A DNA stretch of 64,000 bases, from contig JAFCZJ010000014.1 in assembly GCA_019314375.1 (NCBI GenBank), positions 12,153 to 76,152 on the forward strand. The letters run 5' to 3'. The notes beneath the pieces were generated by a model. That model was not told the origin of the DNA. It worked only from the letters and a program-made list of their open reading frames with translations, and searched no databases. The translations under genes and the position numbers were made by a program. Shown here one piece after another: positions 60,188 through 64,000 of the stretch (positions within the stretch are counted from its first letter, which is position 1; every line of letters begins with the position of its first letter). The DNA comes from Deltaproteobacteria bacterium (lineage in GTDB: Bacteria > Myxococcota > B64-G9).

Positions 60188-63100
60188 TTACCTGCCGATG
60201 GGCGGGGCTTCGCCCGATTCGTCTTTGTCCTTCTTGTGATCCAGTCCGCCAGGCAAGGTGATCACCTTCGCTTGTTGCACCGCGTAGCGTTCCCCCTCTC
60301 GTGCCATGACGGTCACAAAGTTGGCGCCGGGCTCAAGGTCCAACTCCACATCAAAGGGCACATTGCGTGGGTTCTGGGTGTCGCTGCCGGAAACCATATA
60401 AATCTTATTGGAACCGACCCAAACCGCCACGTCCCGCAAATCCGCGTCATCATCCAAAACCCGCCCGCGAAGTCGAATCTTGCCGCCCTTCTCTAAGTAT
60501 GCGGGGATTGGTTCCAACTCGATACGCGGCGGGCTGTATTGCTCAAAGGCAACCAAATCCGTAGCCTGGATGGGCGCGGCTTTTCCCTTGGCCTTCGACA
60601 GGTTTTCGGTATGTATCCATCCCGCCGGACCATCCCGGCCCACAATTCGAAACCAAGGGCCAAGCTGCCTATCGAGTCGTACTTTGAGATTCTTGGGCGC
60701 AAAACCCACCAGAGGCGCAGCGAGGTCCGCGCCCCCTCGCACCTCAGCCCGGGATCGCTTGACTTGATGAACCAGCTTGACCTTGAGAATTTTGCGGCTC
60801 TTGCCCAGATCCAAAGGCAAATCCAGCTTGGCCACCTGAGTGACCCCGAAGGCTGAATCCCAAAGCGTTATCTCGACAGGCAAAATTTTACGCTTGCTTT
60901 CAGCTGGAACCCGAAATCGAAAACTGTCTGTCTTTGAGGCACCAGGCTCAATCTCTTCCAGCTTGAGACGGCCACCGCCGGAAACCAGGAACAAATCCTT
61001 GCCCGCTTTGTTTTGCAAGAGGCCCTTGGCGTCCATGGCCTTGCCCTCGCCCCGGTTGGTCACCCGAACCCTGAGTTCCACCTGCTCTCCTGGCTGGATC
61101 AGGCCATCGCCGTTTCCCTTGTCGTCGGCCACCCACCAGGAGAAAGCAAAGGCCGGACGGGGCAAACCCTCCGTGGTGATACGGGTTTCCAGATTTCCGG
61201 GTGCCTTGCTGCCTTCAGCGAAAAACTCAAACCGAAGATCGTCGGTCCGACCCCATGCCCCCCGGGGCACCTTGACGGGCACCTCCCAGGTCCTGCTCTG
61301 TCCTGGATCCACGCGACCGAAAAGAAACTCGCGGTTGTCGTAAAGCCTGTGTTCACAACGGCTCTCGGCCCGCAAACGGAAAAAGGGTGCCTTGCCGGAA
61401 TTCTGGACAGTCAACTTCATCGTCACCTTGCTGTCGGCTTTGGCCTGCCCCTTGCTGCCCACACCCTCGCCAACCAGCGCGAACTCAGCCTTGCCCAGGG
61501 CACCGTTTCCCGCAGCCAACGACCAATCCACTTTCAGCTTCTTGAACTTCTCGGCCATCTTCGCCAACTCGGCCTGCTGCACCTTGTGCAAAAAATCCGC
61601 GCCTTCGTCCATCATCGCCGATCCGCGCGGCGTCTTGACGGCCAACAAATAATCTCGCGCCAAGCGAATTTCAAAATCCTCCTTGAAACCCTCATCAGGC
61701 AGCGGAAGCTCGTCGTCTTTTTCTTCCTTTTTCTCTGGCATATCGAAAACATAGCGCACCGTCTCCGCCGGCTTTAACTCCAGCTTGCGATGCTTCTTCA
61801 GGTGAGCTTCGATGTCCGCTTCTCGAAATCGCTCCGGCTTGGCAAAGACCTGCAGATCTTCGGGATCTAAAAGCATGGGCTTCAGTTTGATGTCGGGGGT
61901 GATACCCACTTCCTGAATGGACACGTCCCCCGGGATCAAGTACTCGGCCATCGTCAACTTCAAGCAAGCCCCCTCCACCGACTCAGGCACCCGATCGTTG
62001 AGGATCTGCACCGTGCCCTTACCGAAGGTCTGCTCCCCCATCACCACCGCCCTGTCCAGATTTTTCAAAGCGCCTGCCAAAATCTCTGAAGCCGAGGCAG
62101 AACCGGAGTTCACCAATACCACGATGGGCAGATCCAGATCCGCGCCTTCCTCGTCAGCCCGTTTCTCTTCTCGGGCCTTTTGCACTCGTTCTTTGGGCGT
62201 TGAGTCTTCGCTATAGGCAACAGTGGCCACAATGATGCCCCGATCCAGAAACAAATCGGCCGCCTGCACAGCCGACTTCATCAAGCCGCCTGCATTGTTG
62301 CGCAAATCGAGCACGAGCCCGCGCAGGCCCTTGCTCTCCCGCTTGAGCTTGGATAGGTGGCGCAGGAGATCGCCCCCGGTGTGGCGCGAGAAATCCTGGA
62401 TCGCGATATAGGCCACTTTGCCATCCAGAAGCTTGGACTCGATGGACCGGACCCGAATGGTCTGGCGGGTGATTACGTATTTTTGCGGCTCCGCCCATCC
62501 CTTGCGCATAATCCACACAACCACCTTGCTACCGGCTTTGCCACGCAACAAATTGACCGCCTCGTCCAAGGGCATGTTGACCGTGCTCTGATCATCGATG
62601 CGCACAATCTGATCCATGGCCTTCAGGCCCAGTCGGGCCGCGGGGGTGTCCGGCAAGGGAGAAATGATGGTCAGCATGCCCCTGCGAACGGAAATGCGGA
62701 TGCCCAGGCCTCCGAATTCACCCGTGGTCTTCAGCTGCATCTCACGGTAAAGCTCGGGGGGCAGCAGGTTTGAATGAGGGTCCAGGGTGGAAAGCATGCC
62801 GTTGATGGCCGCGAATTCTACTCTCTCCGGCTCGGAGCCGGACTCCAGGTTTTCGGAAATGAACTTAAAAATCGGTTGCAAATTATAGTTCATCTCCCAA
62901 ACGGTGGCTGGCTTCCCCACCCGGAACTTGGAGTGCTTGCCGCCTACCTGCAAACGGACTTCTCCATCCTTGAGCTGGATCTCCACATCCGGCACCCTGC
63001 GTTCGATGTACTCAAGTGTCTTTTCCAACATGGTGACCGGATCCACCCGGGAGGGGTCCACGTAGTCTTGCTTTAGCTGCAATAGCACCCAACTGAAAGC

Positions 63101-63226
63101 CTCCATCCGCGACAGTTCGTATTTGTCGCTGCTGGCCTCAAGCACACGAGGCGTAAGCAGGCAAAAAAGAGACAGCAGGCAGATGGAAATCCATGAGGGA
63201 ATCGTGGTTCGTTCAAATCGAGACAT
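60188..63226 (-). CDS. 1012-aa secreted S41 (C-terminal processing/tail-specific) peptidase with a PDZ domain and a long beta-rich C-terminal extension
   Basis: GGLGIRI...ISPLPDTPAARLGLKAMDQIVRID (PDZ). LVLDLRNNAGG, VLVNSGSASASEILAGAL and GEQTFGKGTVQ (S41 Ser/Lys region). The ATG at 63226 (MSRFERTTIPSWISICLLSLFCLL) has AAGGAG upstream. The track start at 63484 overlaps the sigma-factor gene. Confidence 0.8.
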   Translation of the reverse strand: MSRFERTTIPSWISICLLSLFCLLTPRVLEASSDKYELSRMEAFSWVLLQLKQDYVDPSRVDPVTMLEKTLEYIERRVPDVEIQLKDGEVRLQVGGKHSKFRVGKPATVWEMNYNLQPIFKFISENLESGSEPERVEFAAINGMLSTLDPHSNLLPPELYREMQLKTTGEFGGLGIRISVRRGMLTIISPLPDTPAARLGLKAMDQIVRIDDQSTVNMPLDEAVNLLRGKAGSKVVVWIMRKGWAEPQKYVITRQTIRVRSIESKLLDGKVAYIAIQDFSRHTGGDLLRHLSKLKRESKGLRGLVLDLRNNAGGLMKSAVQAADLFLDRGIIVATVAYSEDSTPKERVQKAREEKRADEEGADLDLPIVVLVNSGSASASEILAGALKNLDRAVVMGEQTFGKGTVQILNDRVPESVEGACLKLTMAEYLIPGDVSIQEVGITPDIKLKPMLLDPEDLQVFAKPERFREADIEAHLKKHRKLELKPAETVRYVFDMPEKKEEKDDELPLPDEGFKEDFEIRLARDYLLAVKTPRGSAMMDEGADFLHKVQQAELAKMAEKFKKLKVDWSLAAGNGALGKAEFALVGEGVGSKGQAKADSKVTMKLTVQNSGKAPFFRLRAESRCEHRLYDNREFLFGRVDPGQSRTWEVPVKVPRGAWGRTDDLRFEFFAEGSKAPGNLETRITTEGLPRPAFAFSWWVADDKGNGDGLIQPGEQVELRVRVTNRGEGKAMDAKGLLQNKAGKDLFLVSGGGRLKLEEIEPGASKTDSFRFRVPAESKRKILPVEITLWDSAFGVTQVAKLDLPLDLGKSRKILKVKLVHQVKRSRAEVRGGADLAAPLVGFAPKNLKVRLDRQLGPWFRIVGRDGPAGWIHTENLSKAKGKAAPIQATDLVAFEQYSPPRIELEPIPAYLEKGGKIRLRGRVLDDDADLRDVAVWVGSNKIYMVSGSDTQNPRNVPFDVELDLEPGANFVTVMAREGERYAVQQAKVITLPGGLDHKKDKDESGEAPPIGR

Positions 63227-63313
63227 CAATTCTATCTCCTTGAGATGCAAAGAAAAATCACACAAAACACCGGCCAGCATGTTATGGTCCTTGCGAAGAA
63301 AAGTCAATGGAGG

Positions 63314-63341
63314 GGAACTCTCATCACTTTCTTGCGTCAAA
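63314..63341 (+). promoter_or_regulatory. ECF-type (sigmaE-like) promoter candidate GGAACTC-N16-TCAAA upstream of the ECF sigma gene
   Basis: GGAAC at 63314..63318 and TCAAA at 63337..63341, ~50 nt upstream of the ATG at 63390. ECF sigma genes are commonly autoregulated from GGAAC-type promoters. Confidence 0.4.
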
Positions 63342-63389
63342 GGTCCATCGGTGATTGACGTGATCGAACGAGCCAAATATTCTGCCATC

Positions 63390-63998
63390 ATGGTAAACGC
63401 CTCTGGCGCCCAGGACGAAGGCCTGCTCGTCGCAGGACTCAAGCGCGGCGATGAGCGGGCATTCGAAGCCCTGGTACGGCACAACCAGAATAAAGTTTAC
63501 GGCCTGTGTTTGCGATTGATGGGCAACCCGGAAGAAGCAGAGGATCTGGCTCAGGATGTCTTTCTCACCGTCTATCGGGCCATCGGGAAATTCCGAGGAG
63601 AGAGCCGTCTATCCACTTGGATCTACCGCATCACCCGCAATCATTGCCTCAATCGCATCAAGTTTCTCAAACGCAGGGCCCATCAACGCAAGCAAAGCTT
63701 AGACGTGACTCGCCAGGCGGATCTTTCTGGTCAGCAACTTCACCGCCCCGTCGGCTCCGGATCAGTGCGCCCTGATCGGCTGGCCGAAGGCAAACAACTT
63801 GAGCTTCTGATTCAGGAACAGATCAACGAACTCAGCGAAGATCACAAAGAGCTCATCGTGCTGCGCGATCTGGAACAAATGAGCTACGAAGAAATACAAA
63901 CCATCACCGGGCTTGCCTTGGGTACCATCAAGAGCCGGTTGCACCGAGCCCGGGTGGACTTGGCCCAGCGCCTGTCGCCATATCTGGAGGAAACGTGA
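63390..63998 (+). CDS. ECF (group IV) sigma-70 family RNA polymerase sigma factor
   Basis: Region 2: AFEALVRHNQNKVYGLCLRLMGNPEEAEDLAQDVFLTVYR...STWIYRITRNHCLN. Region 4: LRDLEQMSYEEIQTITGLALGTIKSRLHRAR. The stop is at 63996..63998, 2 nt before the window edge. Confidence 0.85.
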   Translation: MVNASGAQDEGLLVAGLKRGDERAFEALVRHNQNKVYGLCLRLMGNPEEAEDLAQDVFLTVYRAIGKFRGESRLSTWIYRITRNHCLNRIKFLKRRAHQRKQSLDVTRQADLSGQQLHRPVGSGSVRPDRLAEGKQLELLIQEQINELSEDHKELIVLRDLEQMSYEEIQTITGLALGTIKSRLHRARVDLAQRLSPYLEET

Positions 63999-64000
63999 GC

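Overview
This is a high-GC (by eye, not computed) chromosomal segment, very likely from a Myxococcota-type bacterium. I infer that because the MglA and MglB proteins match, over long stretches, the Myxococcus xanthus sequences as I remember them; no alignment was run. I support about 58 protein-coding genes, no rRNA or tRNA genes, no CRISPR array and no recognisable transposase or integrase.

Layout:
- 1..9926: housekeeping genes (glmU 5' part, secreted S1 protease, an unusual thioredoxin, crotonase, yggS, mtnA, rplU-rpmA-obg). These are interrupted by a small accessory patch at 4008..6928: a nucleotidyltransferase-fold pair, a SEC-C peptide gene, a serpin 3' fragment, and RHH-MazF flanked by a 33-bp direct repeat.
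- 9930..33491: 21 co-directional minus-strand genes. They start with mglB-mglA and run through an Agl/Glt-core-like envelope motor (TPR, TPR, small TM, TolQ, TolR, TolR, TonB-C-like). They continue through a coiled-coil protein, a stand-alone cNMP-binding protein, a 1269-aa FG-GAP/Ig-repeat surface protein, a short OPX lipoprotein with a beta-barrel, and sugar-amine genes.
- 33777..39889: porCDAB fused in one operon with a hydrogenase-less NuoE/NuoF/NuoG-N-type flavin-FeS module.
- 39904..45591: a sensorless histidine kinase, DedA, a G1P-dehydrogenase-family enzyme, a Cys-rich lipoprotein and a PAS/GAF kinase.
- 45742..57833: an envelope locus with a Cys-rich lipoprotein, two tandem FadL-like barrels, two tandem ~1085-aa lipoproteins (six beta-sandwich modules plus a vWA domain) and a translationally coupled, exported Memo-AMMECR1 fusion.
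- 57965..63998: M23 peptidase, class-I aminotransferase, giant S41 peptidase and an ECF sigma factor.

The best candidates for undescribed biology are the mglBA-linked motor plus polysaccharide-export supercluster, and the co-duplicated FadL-like/vWA locus with its exported Memo-AMMECR1 enzyme.

All family calls rest on motifs read by eye. No database search, alignment score or structure prediction was available.
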